Position numbers and translations under genes: made by a program | Assembly: GCA_963716175.1 (NCBI GenBank) | Contig: OY970296.1 | Coordinates: 320,001-384,000, forward strand | Length of the DNA stretch: 64,000 nt | Origin: an uncultured Armatimonadetes bacterium | GTDB lineage: Bacteria > Armatimonadota > Hebobacteria > Hebobacterales > Hebobacteraceae | Reading direction: 5' to 3' | The notes under the pieces: model-generated | Seen by the model: the letters and a program-made list of their open reading frames with translations, nothing else | Databases searched by the model: none | Told to the model about the DNA's origin: nothing | Shown here: positions 20,510-31,704 of the stretch, piece after piece | Numbering within the stretch: the first letter of the stretch is position 1 | Layout: each line of letters starts with the position of its first letter

Positions 20510-21018
20510 TGCAGATCACCTGCCACAGATCATCGTGCTGTCCAGGAGTTCCTCTGGTTCCCAGCGCCCTGCCACTGGCTACGGCCGTTCAGGGACTGTC
20601 GGCCCGCCGGGCGGGAGCTTCGAGCTTGCTCCCGCTGGCTCCTTCACATATCATCTGTATCCACCGCGCGGTGCCGTGGGACGATCAGCGCGGAAGCGGC
20701 GCCCGAAGGCGCCGCACTCCGGCTTCAGATGGTACAGGAGCAGGTCCGGCGGCCCGGCCCTAGATTGCCCTCAGGCCGGCGTCAGCCGGCCCTGACAAGG
20801 GCACGTTGTACCAGCAGGCGCGGCCAGGTCAAGAGCTGGCCGGAGTGGGCGTGGGGCCGGGACTGACCACCCCTCTGCCCTACGCGATTCGATGAGGGCA
20901 CCTTCGCTCAGGTCTGCTATAATGGCGCTGATGCCCAGCGGGAAGGAGGAGTGCAGGATCTTCCGGGGAAGTGCCGGGAGCGCAGTTGTGAATATCGAGT
21001 CGAGGAGGCGGATTGGTC

Positions 21019-22071
21019 ATGAGGAGAACCCGACGCTGCGGATTCACGCTGATCGAGCTGCTGGTAGTGATCGCGATTATTGCGATTCTGGCCGCAATGC
21101 TGTTCCCGGTGTTCGCGCGGGCGCGGGAGTCGGCCCGCAAGATTCAGTGCCTGTCGAATGTGAAGAACATCGCGATGGCCTTCCAGATGTACCTGGCGGA
21201 CTACGATAGGCTTCCGCCGAGGGACCATACGCAGAAGTTCCAGCAGTGGCTCGCCACTGGGGCCGCCAACTTCTGTGAGGACTGCGACCAGGGGGGATCG
21301 TATAGCTGCTGGATCCCGACTCGGTCCAATCCCTATCTGCGATGGCCTGTGCTCTTGGACGAGTACGTGAGGAACCGGGACGTATGGAGGTGCCCCAGCG
21401 CCCGCTTTGTGAACGGCGCCACCTGGATCGTCCCGGGGCCGGATTTTGTCGGGAGTATGATGCGCCACGAAGGAGAATCCTGGGGCGCGGTGGGCGGCGA
21501 TGACTTCTTCGGCGGCGGTCCGTGCGAGATGGCCTGGCCCACGGGATGGGGAGGCAGTGTCACCGATTCCTTCGTGCAGGGAGAAGCCAGAGTGACGGCC
21601 GGTTCCGTGTCGAAGGCCGAGAGGGGCTTCGAGCAGAACGTCGGCACCACCGAAACCACCAACCAGGAGTTGAAGTTGGCTCAGATTGATGACCCCTCCT
21701 GGTTCGTCATGTGTGGGGACGCGGGTGGCTCCTCCGACCCGGGCAACATCGCTAATCCCGCAACCCTGGCCTGGCCGGAGATCTGTATGGTGGGCGGTGG
21801 TGAGGGCTGCGGCAATGACTGGGAGAATGACTCCAGTTCCACCTGGGGATTGGATTATCGCCTCCAGCTCACCTGGTGGTCCGACCCGAACCTGAGGAAG
21901 CAGTACACCCGTCACCTCGGCGGCAGCAACATCGGCTTTGCTGACGGCCACGCAGCCTGGATGTCCGCGGACCAGATATGGCACGACTCCCCGGGCGGCA
22001 ATTCCTACACGGGGATATACGAGCCTAACCGGGGCCACCTGCGCGGCATGGGTTGCCTGTGCGAGTACTGA
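21019..22071 (+). CDS. Prepilin-type N-methylation / DUF1559 / H-X9-DG protein (paralogue 1)
   Basis: [37 protein letters not shown], then [15 protein letters not shown]. Confidence 0.92.
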   Translation: MRRTRRCGFTLIELLVVIAIIAILAAMLFPVFARARESARKIQCLSNVKNIAMAFQMYLADYDRLPPRDHTQKFQQWLATGAANFCEDCDQGGSYSCWIPTRSNPYLRWPVLLDEYVRNRDVWRCPSARFVNGATWIVPGPDFVGSMMRHEGESWGAVGGDDFFGGGPCEMAWPTGWGGSVTDSFVQGEARVTAGSVSKAERGFEQNVGTTETTNQELKLAQIDDPSWFVMCGDAGGSSDPGNIANPATLAWPEICMVGGGEGCGNDWENDSSSTWGLDYRLQLTWWSDPNLRKQYTRHLGGSNIGFADGHAAWMSADQIWHDSPGGNSYTGIYEPNRGHLRGMGCLCEY

Positions 22072-22109
22072 GTTCCGGCGGTACTCAGGCAATAGCACCT
22101 TGAGCGACG

Positions 22110-22136
22110 GCGGAGCCCGCCTCAGGCGGGCTCCGC
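22110..22136 (+). terminator. GC-rich hairpin downstream of paralogue 1
   Basis: GCGGAGCCCGCC-tca-GGCGGGCTCCGC followed by TTCT. Confidence 0.65.
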
Positions 22137-22241
22137 TTCTACCGTCAGACCATCCCGCTGGCCATTGGCTGTGTGGTAGGCGATCTCCTGAACAGCGGCC
22201 TCTGGGCGTTCACCGCGGTCGCCACGCGAGGGAGGGTGTGA
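22125..22241 (+). pseudogene. C-terminal remnant of a DUF6784/DUF6785 gene
   Basis: Translates as GGLRFYRQTIPLAIGCVVGDLLNSGLWAFTAVATRGRV*, matching the C-terminus of 16695..18689 (GGLRLYRQTVPLAVGLVSGDLINGVMWALY). Confidence 0.85.
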
Positions 22242-22601
22242 GCGTCCGGGTCCCGCAATCGTGCCGCCGGGAGGGGCACACGCGCCATCGCCATACCCCG
22301 CGCCTGATCTGCCGACGACTCCGCCGCGGATTCGCCGACGCCATCCCCCACCCCAGCCGCACCCCCCTGGTGGCTCTGTGCCGGCTGCCAGGCCCTTCTT
22401 CCCTCGAAGGCGTCTCGCTGTTGACAGGAGGACTGCGCGGGGAGCAGAGGGAATCACCCAAAGAGGGTGGGCAATCCAGAAGGTAGGCTGCGCGGGGGAG
22501 CCAAGTAAAGAGCAACGCGTTGGGGGGAAGGAGGTGATGTGGAACTGCCCTGGTGCGTGCTGGAATCGCGAGCCTCATTCAGCTTCCTTGGGAGGTAAGT
22601 G

Positions 22602-23624
22602 ATGATGGCAGGGCGCAAGGGTTTCACCCTCATCGAGTTGTTGGTGGTGATCGCGATCATCGCGATCCTGGCTGCCATGCTGTTCCCCGTCTTTGCGCGT
22701 GCGCGCGAGTCAGCGCGCAAGATCCAATGCCTCTCCAATGTGAAGAACATCGCCACCGCAGTCCAGATGTACTTCGCAGACTACGACAAGCTGGTGCCGG
22801 AGGAGCACCGCCAGGAGGTGCTCGACGGCATCCAGGAGCATTGCGGCGGCGAGGGTTGGAACGGCATCCAGACCCAGGCCAACCCTTACCTGCGCTGGCC
22901 GGTGGTCTTCGATGAGTACGTGAAGAACCGGGATGTCTGGCGCTGCCCGAGCGCAACGATCTCCAAGAAGTTCGGGATCGTGAACCCTCGGGGAGGCGAC
23001 TGGTGGGCAGTTGTGAAGGCGAATCAGGACGCCTGGGGCTGCTATGCCATGGGCCCGTGCGACAGCCCGTTTCCAGCAGGCTGGGGCGGAACCGTGACGG
23101 ACTCCTTCGCTCAGCAGATGTGCGCGGTGGAGACCAACGCGGCCACCATCGCGGAGGGCGCGTTCGTCCAGACCGTCGCCACCATTGACTGGTACGAGTT
23201 GAAAAGCAGCGAGATCGGCGATGCCGCCAAGTTCGTGGTCTGCGGCGATGGCGGCATGCAGAACGCCATCTGGTCGGCGCAACTGCTCGCCTACCCGGAG
23301 ATCTGCAAGCTCGCCTGCCCCGCCTGCTGGTATCCGGACTGCGCGGGCTCCTGCGTCAACTGGGAGAACTGCTCCTGGAGTCAGAGCTGCGGCGCGGGCG
23401 ACATCAGGTTCCTCACTGATCTTGAGTACCGCAAGAAGAACGCCCGGCCGAGGCATCTGGGCGGCAGCAACATCGGCTTCGCCGACGGACACGCTGCGTG
23501 GATGCCATCCGAGTCCATTCTCAACAATAGCGTTGACTGGGGCGGCTATCGGGGCGATGATCCAAACCGGGACTATGCGATCACCGGCGGCGTCGGCTAC
23601 TGCGGCCGGCCGACGCTGAAGTAG
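22602..23624 (+). CDS. Prepilin-type / DUF1559 / H-X9-DG protein (paralogue 2)
   Basis: Same N-terminus as paralogue 1; [15 protein letters not shown]. Confidence 0.92.
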   Translation: MMAGRKGFTLIELLVVIAIIAILAAMLFPVFARARESARKIQCLSNVKNIATAVQMYFADYDKLVPEEHRQEVLDGIQEHCGGEGWNGIQTQANPYLRWPVVFDEYVKNRDVWRCPSATISKKFGIVNPRGGDWWAVVKANQDAWGCYAMGPCDSPFPAGWGGTVTDSFAQQMCAVETNAATIAEGAFVQTVATIDWYELKSSEIGDAAKFVVCGDGGMQNAIWSAQLLAYPEICKLACPACWYPDCAGSCVNWENCSWSQSCGAGDIRFLTDLEYRKKNARPRHLGGSNIGFADGHAAWMPSESILNNSVDWGGYRGDDPNRDYAITGGVGYCGRPTLK

Positions 23625-23648
23625 CCACCCCCTCTCACGGAACGACAG

Positions 23649-23675
23649 GCGGAGCGCCCCCAGTGGGCGCTCCGC
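23649..23675 (+). terminator. Hairpin downstream of paralogue 2
   Basis: GCGGAGCGCCC-ccagt-GGGCGCTCCGC. Confidence 0.6.
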
Positions 23676-24071
23676 TCCCTCATCTGGTCGCCGCCCGGCC
23701 CCAGGAGACCCACCTTCTCGGCCGGCGCGTACGGCCATTTCCGCCTTCTCCAGGGATTAGCGCGCCCGCGGCGTACACCAGCAGGGGGAATGGACTTATG
23801 AGCGGCAGCGAACTCGACCCGGACAATGGCGCGGCTCCCGCGCCAGCCGCGCCACAACAGGCGCAGGCCGGCCAAGGACCTGATCTCGCGCTCCCGCGGC
23901 ATGCGGCTCCACCGCCGCGGCATTCCCCTGGCGGTAGGGGCGATCCTGGGAGACATAGTAGCGCAGGCTCCCAGCCTGCCCCTAATGTGGTGACCATGGT
24001 CTGGGCCCCGACCGGCCTGGCAATGGGACATAGCATGTGTTCAGCTTTCTGGAGCTGAGGAGGACGCTGGG

Positions 24072-24134
24072 ATGAAGACGGACGCGATGGTGCTCGTCAA
24101 ACCCGGCCTGGTGGAAGTGACACATTCTGACTGG
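24072..24134 (+). pseudogene. Possible N-terminal remnant of a zinc-binding dehydrogenase
   Basis: Strong RBS GAGGAGG then MKTDAMVLVKPGLVEV, after which similarity is lost. Confidence 0.4.
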
Positions 24135-24285
24135 CCGTCGGACACGAGTGCACCGCCCGTCATCACCCTGTCGCGGATTCGGAAACACACGCTGGGAGGA
24201 GATCCCGACTGCTTCCGACTCCGCCAACGGGCGGTCCGACGACCCCGATGGGCGCAGGGTAGTGGTCTAGCTGGGGAGGAGCGGA

Positions 24286-27200
24286 ATGGATAGGCGTCCG
24301 GCAGGCAACATGTCGCGGCGGGATTTCCTGCGCCAGGTTGTGGCGGGGGCAGCGGCCGCGGCAGGATCGGGAGCCACGTGGGCTGCCGACGGAGCGGGAG
24401 CGCGATCAGGACCACCTGTTTCCCAAGACCAGTCAGCAGTGCCACTGCCCGAGGGAGTGAAGGCGGTGTGGGACCTGAGCAAGGCGTATCAGGAGGCGAC
24501 GCCCACACGGGCTCGCATCTGCATCAATGGCCTCTGGCAGTGGCAGCCGGCCGCGGAGAGCGCAGACCAAGTCCCCGCCAGCAGCTGGGGCTACTTCAAG
24601 GTTCCCGGGTGCTGGCCCGGGATCGCCGACTACATGCAGGTGGAGTGCCAGACGGTCTATGCGCACCCGGACTGGCAGGACAAGGACCTGCGCGAGATTT
24701 CGGCGGCCTGGTACCAGCGGGAGATCACGATCCCGAGCGACTGGGGCGGGCGCCGCGTTACGCTGTACGCGGAGTACCTGAACTCCTATGCGGTGGTCTA
24801 CGTTGACGGGACCAGGGCAGGCGAGATCCGGTTCCCGGCGGGTGAAGTTGACCTCACCTCAGTCTGCCAGCCGGGCCGCAAGTATGTTCTCAGCATGCTC
24901 GTTCTCGCGCTGCCACTCAAAGGAGTCATGCTCTCCTACAGTGACACGGCGTCGGCGAGGCAAGTGCAGGGCTCAGTCGAGCGGCGTGGGCTGTGTGGAG
25001 ACGTCTACCTGGTCAGCACGCCGGCAGGCGCGCTCATCACAGAGGTGAAGCTTGACACATCAGTGCGCCGCTGGGAGATCACCATCGGGGCTGGGCTAGA
25101 CGGCTTGGCGGCAGACACAGCATACGTCCTGCGCGCTCAGATCACGGAGGATGGCCGCCAGGCGCGCGAGTTCACCAGCAGACGATTCGGCGCCAGCGAC
25201 CTCAAGGACGGACACATCACTTTTGCTGAGAACTACAAGCCGGATAAGCTCTGGGATACCCACACTCCTGAGAACGCCTACCAGCTCAGCCTCGCGCTCC
25301 TCGATGCCGAGGGCAGGACTCTGGACACTGCCCTGCCGGTGCGCTTCGGGTTCCGCGAGTTCTGGATCAATGGCCGGGACTTCTACCTGAATGGCACGCG
25401 CATCTTCCTCTCCGCCGTCCCGTTGGAGAATGCCGCGGTGGGGGCGATGGCGGCCAGCTATCAGGGCGCCCGTGAGAGCATGGAGCGGCTCAAGACGTTC
25501 GGGACCAACTTTGTCTACACGCACAACTACGGCTGCGAGCCGGGGTCGCACCTCAGCTTCGCGGAGATCCTGAGGGCCGCAGACGACGTAGGGATGCTGG
25601 TGGCCTTCTCCCAGCCTCACTTCGGCCACTATGACTGGGAGGCGTCGGACGCAGACCAGAGCAACGGCTACGCGCGCCACGCGGAATTCTACGTGCGCGT
25701 GGCGCAGAACCACCCCTCGGTGGTGGCATACGCCATGAGCCACAACGCGACCGGCTACAACGAGGACATGAACCCGGACATGATAGATGGAGTCCAGGAT
25801 GCCAGGGAAGAGTGGGGGCGCAGGAACTCCCTGCTCGCCCTGCGGGCCGAAGCCATCGTGAAGGGAATGGACCCCAGCCGGATTGTGTATCACCACTCGT
25901 CGGGCAACCTCGGCTCGATGCACACGATGAACTTCTACCCGAACTTCGTTCCCATCCAGGAGCTGTCCGACTGGTACGAGCACTGGGCCCGCCTCGGCGT
26001 GAAGCCGGCCTTCATGTGCGAGTACGGCGCGCCGTTCACCTGGGACTGGGCGATGTACCGTGGGTGGTACCGGGGCGAGCGAACTTTCGGGAGTGCCGAA
26101 GTGCCGTGGGAGTTCTGTCTTGCCGAGTGGGATGCGCAGTTCCTGGGCGACCGGGCCTTCCGGATGACCGAGATGGAGAAGACGAACCTGCGCTGGGAGG
26201 CCAAGCAGTTCCGGGAGGGTAAGCTCTGGCACCGGTGGGACTACCCCTACGAACTGGGATCAGCGCTCTTCGACGACCGGCATGTGGTGAGTGCCAGCTA
26301 CATCACGGACAACTGGCGCGCCTACCGCACCTGGGGGGTGTCGGCGAGCTCGCCCTGGGAGTACCAGCCCTTCTGGAGGCTGCGGGAGGGCGTTGACCGG
26401 AGCCGAAGGGAACTCGCGGTGGACTGGGAGCACCTGCAGCATCCGGGCTTCAGCGCGGACTACATTGACCGGCAGTTCGAGGTCATAGACCAGGCCTTCG
26501 ATCGGTCAGACTGGATCCCGGCGGCCGACGCGGAGGCCTTGATCCGCAACAACATGCCGCTGCTGGCTTACCTCGCAGGCAAGCAGGCCCGCTTCACGAG
26601 CAAGGACCACGACTTCTGGCCAGGCGAAGGGGCCGAGAAGCAGCTCATTATCATCAACAACTCACGCCAGACGGTGACCTGCGACTGGGAGTGGTCACTT
26701 GGCCTGCCGCAGCCCGCCGTCGGCCGTGGGAAGGTCACCGTACCGACCGGGGAGCAGAAACGCCTCCCCATCCGGGTACAGCTGCCGGCTGCGCTGCCGA
26801 CCGGCACATACCAGCTCACCGCCACCGCCAAGTTCGGCAACGGCGGCATTCAGGCGGATGCCTTCGCCATCCACGTCATGCCGCGCGTCGGAGGCGTGAG
26901 GCTGCAGTGCCAGACCGCACTCTTCGATCCCAGAGGTGAGACCGAGAAGCTGTTGGGAGGCATGGGCGTGCGGTGCCAGCCAGTGGCTGCCGGCGCCGAT
27001 CTTTCGCCATATGACGTGCTCGTGATCGGCAAGGGAGCGCTGGCAGCAGATGGGCCCGGGCCAGACCTCAGTCGGGTGCGTCAGGGGCTCAAGGTGATCG
27101 TATTCGAGCAGACGTCGGAGGGCCTTGAGAAACGGCTCGGCTTCCGGGTGACGGAGTACGGGCTGAGACAGGTCTTCGCGCGCGTGCCAGACCATCCTGC

Positions 27201-28266
27201 CCTGTCGGGGATCGCGGCCGAGAACCTGTGCGACTGGTGCGGCGAGGCAACCCTCGTGCTGCCGCGCCTGAACTATGAGACGAACCCCGACGTGTTCAAC
27301 GGCGCGCCTACGGTGAAATGGTGCGGGATTGAGGTGACGCGGGCGTGGCGCTGTGGATGCAGGGGCAATGTCGCTTCGGTCCTCATCGAGAAGCCCGCGC
27401 GAGGCAACTTCCTCCCGCTGGTTGACGGCGGGTTCGGCTTGCAGTACAGCCCGCTGTTGGAGTACCGCGAAGGCAAAGGGATGATCCTCTTCTGTCAGAT
27501 GGATGTGACGGGGCGCACCGAAAGCGATCCCGCGGCCGAGACGCTAACCCGGAACCTCCTCCAGTATGCAGCCGCCTGGAAGCCCTCCCCGAATCGGAAC
27601 GCGCTCTACGTCGGCGCCCCCGCCGGGCAGGAATACTTCGAGGCCGCCGGCATTCCCCTCAGCTCCTACAAGAGGGCCGAACTGTCAGCGGACCAGGTGC
27701 TGATCGTGGGGCCAGGTGGCGAGCCGCAGCTCGCAAGGGAGGCGGATCAGATCCGCTCCTGGCTCAAGTCCGGCGGGCACCTCTTGGCAATCGGACTCGA
27801 TGAAGCTGGCGCGAATGCCTTCCTCCCTTCACGAGTCAGCATGAAGAGAGAGGAGCATATCTGCGCCTGGTTCGAGCCCTTCGGCATCGGCTCTCCGTTC
27901 GTGGGCGTGGCACCGGCGGATGTCGTGAACCGCGACCCGCGAGAGCTTCCCCTAGTGTCGGCGGGTGCTTCGGTGGTGGGTGACGGCGTCCTCGCCAAGG
28001 TCGAGGGCGCCAACGTAGTCTTCTGCCAACTCGTGCCCTGGGAGTTCGCGCCTCAGAAGCAGATGAACCTCAAGCGCACCTACCGCCGGGCGAGCTTCCT
28101 GGTAGCGCGCTTGCTGGGCAACATGGGGGTGGCCGGCACTACTCCCCTTCTCGGTCGCTTCCGCGAACCGCTGACCGCATCCGACCCGGGCAAACGCTGG
28201 CTGGAGGGCCTCTACCTCGACCAGCCCGAGGAATGGGACGACCCGTATCGGTTCTTCCGCTGGTAG
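24286..28266 (+). CDS. Tat-exported GH2-like glycoside hydrolase
   Basis: SRRDFL Tat motif; INGLWQW, LW....P..Y.L, RFGFREF.I.G..FYLNG, ADDVGML, NHPSVV.Y. Confidence 0.8.
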   Translation: MDRRPAGNMSRRDFLRQVVAGAAAAAGSGATWAADGAGARSGPPVSQDQSAVPLPEGVKAVWDLSKAYQEATPTRARICINGLWQWQPAAESADQVPASSWGYFKVPGCWPGIADYMQVECQTVYAHPDWQDKDLREISAAWYQREITIPSDWGGRRVTLYAEYLNSYAVVYVDGTRAGEIRFPAGEVDLTSVCQPGRKYVLSMLVLALPLKGVMLSYSDTASARQVQGSVERRGLCGDVYLVSTPAGALITEVKLDTSVRRWEITIGAGLDGLAADTAYVLRAQITEDGRQAREFTSRRFGASDLKDGHITFAENYKPDKLWDTHTPENAYQLSLALLDAEGRTLDTALPVRFGFREFWINGRDFYLNGTRIFLSAVPLENAAVGAMAASYQGARESMERLKTFGTNFVYTHNYGCEPGSHLSFAEILRAADDVGMLVAFSQPHFGHYDWEASDADQSNGYARHAEFYVRVAQNHPSVVAYAMSHNATGYNEDMNPDMIDGVQDAREEWGRRNSLLALRAEAIVKGMDPSRIVYHHSSGNLGSMHTMNFYPNFVPIQELSDWYEHWARLGVKPAFMCEYGAPFTWDWAMYRGWYRGERTFGSAEVPWEFCLAEWDAQFLGDRAFRMTEMEKTNLRWEAKQFREGKLWHRWDYPYELGSALFDDRHVVSASYITDNWRAYRTWGVSASSPWEYQPFWRLREGVDRSRRELAVDWEHLQHPGFSADYIDRQFEVIDQAFDRSDWIPAADAEALIRNNMPLLAYLAGKQARFTSKDHDFWPGEGAEKQLIIINNSRQTVTCDWEWSLGLPQPAVGRGKVTVPTGEQKRLPIRVQLPAALPTGTYQLTATAKFGNGGIQADAFAIHVMPRVGGVRLQCQTALFDPRGETEKLLGGMGVRCQPVAAGADLSPYDVLVIGKGALAADGPGPDLSRVRQGLKVIVFEQTSEGLEKRLGFRVTEYGLRQVFARVPDHPALSGIAAENLCDWCGEATLVLPRLNYETNPDVFNGAPTVKWCGIEVTRAWRCGCRGNVASVLIEKPARGNFLPLVDGGFGLQYSPLLEYREGKGMILFCQMDVTGRTESDPAAETLTRNLLQYAAAWKPSPNRNALYVGAPAGQEYFEAAGIPLSSYKRAELSADQVLIVGPGGEPQLAREADQIRSWLKSGGHLLAIGLDEAGANAFLPSRVSMKREEHICAWFEPFGIGSPFVGVAPADVVNRDPRELPLVSAGASVVGDGVLAKVEGANVVFCQLVPWEFAPQKQMNLKRTYRRASFLVARLLGNMGVAGTTPLLGRFREPLTASDPGKRWLEGLYLDQPEEWDDPYRFFRW

Positions 28267-28443
28267 CGGGTGGCGTCGCCACGGGGTGCAACATGCTGGC
28301 GATCCCGGCCTCGGGTCTGTGTCCTGCCCAATGCGTCCCGCCGGCCGCAGATCCACGAACGCCGCTCGCGTTCTGCTCACAATAGCGTCGCGTGGCGGTA
28401 TCTCCACAACACCCAGAGGGCGAAGCGGCACATCGGAGCAAAC

Positions 28444-28471
28444 GAACGGAGCGCCCGAGGGCGCTCCGTTC
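28444..28471. terminator. Hairpin between the convergent GH2-like gene and paralogue 3
   Basis: GAACGGAGCGCCC-ga-GGGCGCTCCGTTC. Confidence 0.6.
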
Positions 28472-28568
28472 ACTCACCTTCATCTAAGACGGACATCTCC
28501 TGCGCAAAGGCCGGAGGCCCTGAGTGGCCCCGCAGCGCCCAGCATGCTTCGCTGTCGTACGCTGCCTG

Positions 28569-29567
28569 CTACCAGTGCTCCCCAGGTATATAGTCAGGCA
28601 CGTGCTGGGCGCCCATGGGTGGGAGTTGGCTGGGGTCGGCGTTGGCCGCGGCGAGTATCGCGTTCGCGTTCCACCAGGCGGCGTGGCCGTCAACGAACCC
28701 GAGGTTGTTGCCGCCCATGTGCCGCGTGTACTTGCTGCGCCACGAGGGGTCGCCCCAGAACTTGTCTATGTCGTGCTTGTCTACACCGCAGACTATAGTC
28801 TCGGAACAGTTCACCCAGTCTCCGCCGCAGTTGTCGGGACGCTCTACAACGCTGCCCCAGGTAATGCGACAGGCCTCCGGATAGGCAACCTGCTCGATGC
28901 GATCGAAGTACCTGTGCAAGCCCCGCTCGGCCACGATCAGGGTCTTGGCCGGATCATCAACTTGGGAGAGCTTCTTCTCCACTTCGCCGTAGACCGCGTG
29001 CGTGTCGCCGTAGTCCATCTCGACCGCGCCCTGCTCCGGGGTCGCGCCGTCGGGAGGGCAGCCGTCCACCAAAGCCATGTTGTCGGTAACGGTGCCGCCC
29101 CAGCCCGAGGGCCAACTCTCAGCGCAGACGCAGGTGGGCCAGTTGTCCTTCAGCTCCTGGAACCAGTTCGCTTGTCCGTACACCCGCTCTGCACAGGCTA
29201 CGCTGCGCGCGCTCGGACATCTCCAAACGTCGCGGTTCTTCACGTACTCGTCCAGGATGACCGGCCATCTCAGATAGGGATTCGCCCCAGTCGGGTAAGT
29301 GCAGCAGCCAGGGGTCACATCGCAGCCGTTGTCGGCGAAGAACTGCACCACAGCCGGGTCATGTTCCCTCGGCGGGTACCTGTCATAGTCCACGAAATAC
29401 ATCTGAAATGCCATGGCGATGTTCTTGACATTCGACAGGCATTGGATCTTGCGGGCCGATTCCCGCGCCCGTGCGAACACCGGGAACAGCATTGCGGCGA
29501 GGATCGCGATGATCGCGATCACCACCAGCAGCTCGATCAGAGTGAAACCTCTATTCTTTCGAACCAT
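28569..29567 (-). CDS. Prepilin-type / DUF1559 / H-X9-DG protein (paralogue 3)
   Basis: [10 protein letters not shown]..., RHMGGNNLGFVDGHA. Confidence 0.92.
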   Translation of the reverse strand: MVRKNRGFTLIELLVVIAIIAILAAMLFPVFARARESARKIQCLSNVKNIAMAFQMYFVDYDRYPPREHDPAVVQFFADNGCDVTPGCCTYPTGANPYLRWPVILDEYVKNRDVWRCPSARSVACAERVYGQANWFQELKDNWPTCVCAESWPSGWGGTVTDNMALVDGCPPDGATPEQGAVEMDYGDTHAVYGEVEKKLSQVDDPAKTLIVAERGLHRYFDRIEQVAYPEACRITWGSVVERPDNCGGDWVNCSETIVCGVDKHDIDKFWGDPSWRSKYTRHMGGNNLGFVDGHAAWWNANAILAAANADPSQLPPMGAQHVPDYIPGEHW

Positions 29568-29814
29568 CTAAGCTATGCCTCCTCGCGGATGATCCACGGT
29601 ATGCCGCTCCAGAGACCCCGCCGCCTTCTGCCGTCACCTCCTTTCGTGCACCGCGCATCAGCTCCAGGGCCACCAGAACCGATCCCCTTCGACGGCGCCA
29701 TCGCAGCGGAGAGTTGAACTCGACTGAGAAAAACCGAGCCGGCCTATCTGCTCGATCGGAGCGCGATCTCGGCACAACACCAAACGCACGCGAGCCCGCC
29801 GCGTGCCTCGGAAG

Positions 29815-29843
29815 AGGATACCATCGCGAGAGGCCAACGTCAA
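29815..29843 (-). promoter_or_regulatory. Sigma70-type promoter for paralogue 3
   Basis: TTGACG-17 nt-TATCCT with a TG extension on the minus strand. Confidence 0.6.
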
Positions 29844-29895
29844 CGGCCAAGTCTACGCGGGGCCTGCGCTCAGACTGCGAAGGACACGGCAGGCA

Positions 29896-31704
29896 TCACC
29901 TCGCCTGGGCAGCGCCGATCCTCGCATGTGCCCGCGTCAGCGCCTCCACCAGGTAATCCCAGGGCTGCCCGCCAGCGCGGACGAGGCCCCGGTTGGCTTG
30001 TCGGCGCTCGTCGTCAATGTCGCTCCAGATGAACCAGTGCGCCCCCACCACGAACGGCATGTTGTAGAAGTCGAGCGTCACGCGCGCCGCTTGGCGGGCC
30101 CGCTCCGACTGGTTCCCGACCACCTCGTTCCATGACCAGTCGAGCTTCTCGGGGTTATCGTAGAGGCCCGAGTCCAGGGCTGGAATAGACCACTCGCCCA
30201 CGATAATCGGGCGCCCGGTCTTCTCATGCACGGTGCGGTAGATCAGCTTCTCCACATCGCTGAGGCCGGCGCGCTGATTGGCGGGGTAGAGATTCACCGC
30301 GATCGCGTCGTACCGCGAGTAGAGATCGAGGTGATCCATCCAGGCACCAATGTCGTCAAGCATGAAACGGTTAGAGATCACCAGGTGGTCGGGATCCTCT
30401 CCCCGGATAACCCGAAGCGTGATGTCAATATACCGCGTCACGATCTCGCGCTCGAAAACTCTGAAGTCTTCATACATCCGCCCTGTCCGCTTTGTCGGCT
30501 CCGGCCTGCCTGCAATCAAGGCATCGAAAGAGGCGAACCCGGTTCCCCACGCCTCGTTCACAGCGGCAGCGTCGCTGTACCTACCCTCGAGGAATCCGCG
30601 GAACGCGTGCGAGCAGTGTTCCGAGTAGACATGCCGGTACAGCTCAGTGTGGCATACTTCGTTATCGGCGAAGTAGCCAATGAACCACGATCTGCCTCGT
30701 ACTATGTTGGCAATCTCGCGCACTCGCCCTCGGTACACTTCCTCAAAACGTGGATCGAACGGGTCGGGAAAGGCGTGCCCCTCCCCGGTAGTGTCATTGC
30801 CTGCGTCCACCAGCGCGTCGCATTGCCCCGACCAACTACCGGTCTCCAGCGTGGCAAAGATCGCGAAGGGCTTCTCTCCGCCGGCGGCCAGCGCATCATT
30901 GATCGGCCCCCAGCGGCGGATGTTCGTCCAACCGGCAAGGGAGTTGAACCCCGCCGATCGCAGGAAGGCCGCCGCCTCGCGTCCTCGCGTCATCCAGTCA
31001 GTCTCGCGGAATAGCCAGGGCCCGTCAGTCCCTATCGAGTAGAAGCCTTCGCCCTCCGGCGTGATCAACCACCACACGCCACCTCTCTCCTCCAGATGGT
31101 AAAAGCCTGTCTTCTGGCAACGGTCGGGCGGGGCTGGCCGCGTCACCGGGCCTGGATCAGCAGGCAGCTCCAGCTCCGGGGCGCGAGGAGACATGGTCAA
31201 CCCCGTGAACAAGGCCTTCCCTTCTGTCTTCCCCGCCAGCCCCAGGCCAGGAGACACTGAATCGGCGCCGGTCGGCGCGGATCGAAATGCAAACTCGAAA
31301 GGCGTCCAGTCCTTCGCGGGTGCGAGGCCCAGATACTTGGTGGCGATCCGCCGCTTGCCTGCGCGGAACTCGATGTACACGGTAGCACCATAGATGGGCA
31401 GATCTTCCGTGCGGTAATAGCCCCGCAGCACACCAGTAGTGAATGGCAGGGGCTCGGCGTACTGGAATCGGGTGCTGTAGCGGCCGCGCCGCCAAGGGCC
31501 CACCACCAGGCATGGGCCTCGGTTCGCATCGCGCTCGATCGCGAGCGTTGCCGCTTCGTCTGCTGTCACGCCTGCTGGAGGGAAGACCTTTTTCTGCCAC
31601 CCGCTGTCTGAGATCGGCAGCCGCATATCACTCTCCGCCGAAGCCAGAGCGAGAACTACGCATGACGAACCGAGAATGACAGCCAGTAGCCACGGTCCCG
31701 GCAT
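29896..31704 (-). CDS. Secreted GH50 beta-agarase-like glycoside hydrolase with an N-terminal CBM-like domain
   Basis: KTGFYH..WWLITPEG..FYSIG, GFNSLAGW, FPDPFDP.F, IGYFADNE, DPDHLV...RF, PIIVGEW, VVGAHWF.W.D. Confidence 0.8.
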   Translation of the reverse strand: MPGPWLLAVILGSSCVVLALASAESDMRLPISDSGWQKKVFPPAGVTADEAATLAIERDANRGPCLVVGPWRRGRYSTRFQYAEPLPFTTGVLRGYYRTEDLPIYGATVYIEFRAGKRRIATKYLGLAPAKDWTPFEFAFRSAPTGADSVSPGLGLAGKTEGKALFTGLTMSPRAPELELPADPGPVTRPAPPDRCQKTGFYHLEERGGVWWLITPEGEGFYSIGTDGPWLFRETDWMTRGREAAAFLRSAGFNSLAGWTNIRRWGPINDALAAGGEKPFAIFATLETGSWSGQCDALVDAGNDTTGEGHAFPDPFDPRFEEVYRGRVREIANIVRGRSWFIGYFADNEVCHTELYRHVYSEHCSHAFRGFLEGRYSDAAAVNEAWGTGFASFDALIAGRPEPTKRTGRMYEDFRVFEREIVTRYIDITLRVIRGEDPDHLVISNRFMLDDIGAWMDHLDLYSRYDAIAVNLYPANQRAGLSDVEKLIYRTVHEKTGRPIIVGEWSIPALDSGLYDNPEKLDWSWNEVVGNQSERARQAARVTLDFYNMPFVVGAHWFIWSDIDDERRQANRGLVRAGGQPWDYLVEALTRAHARIGAAQAR

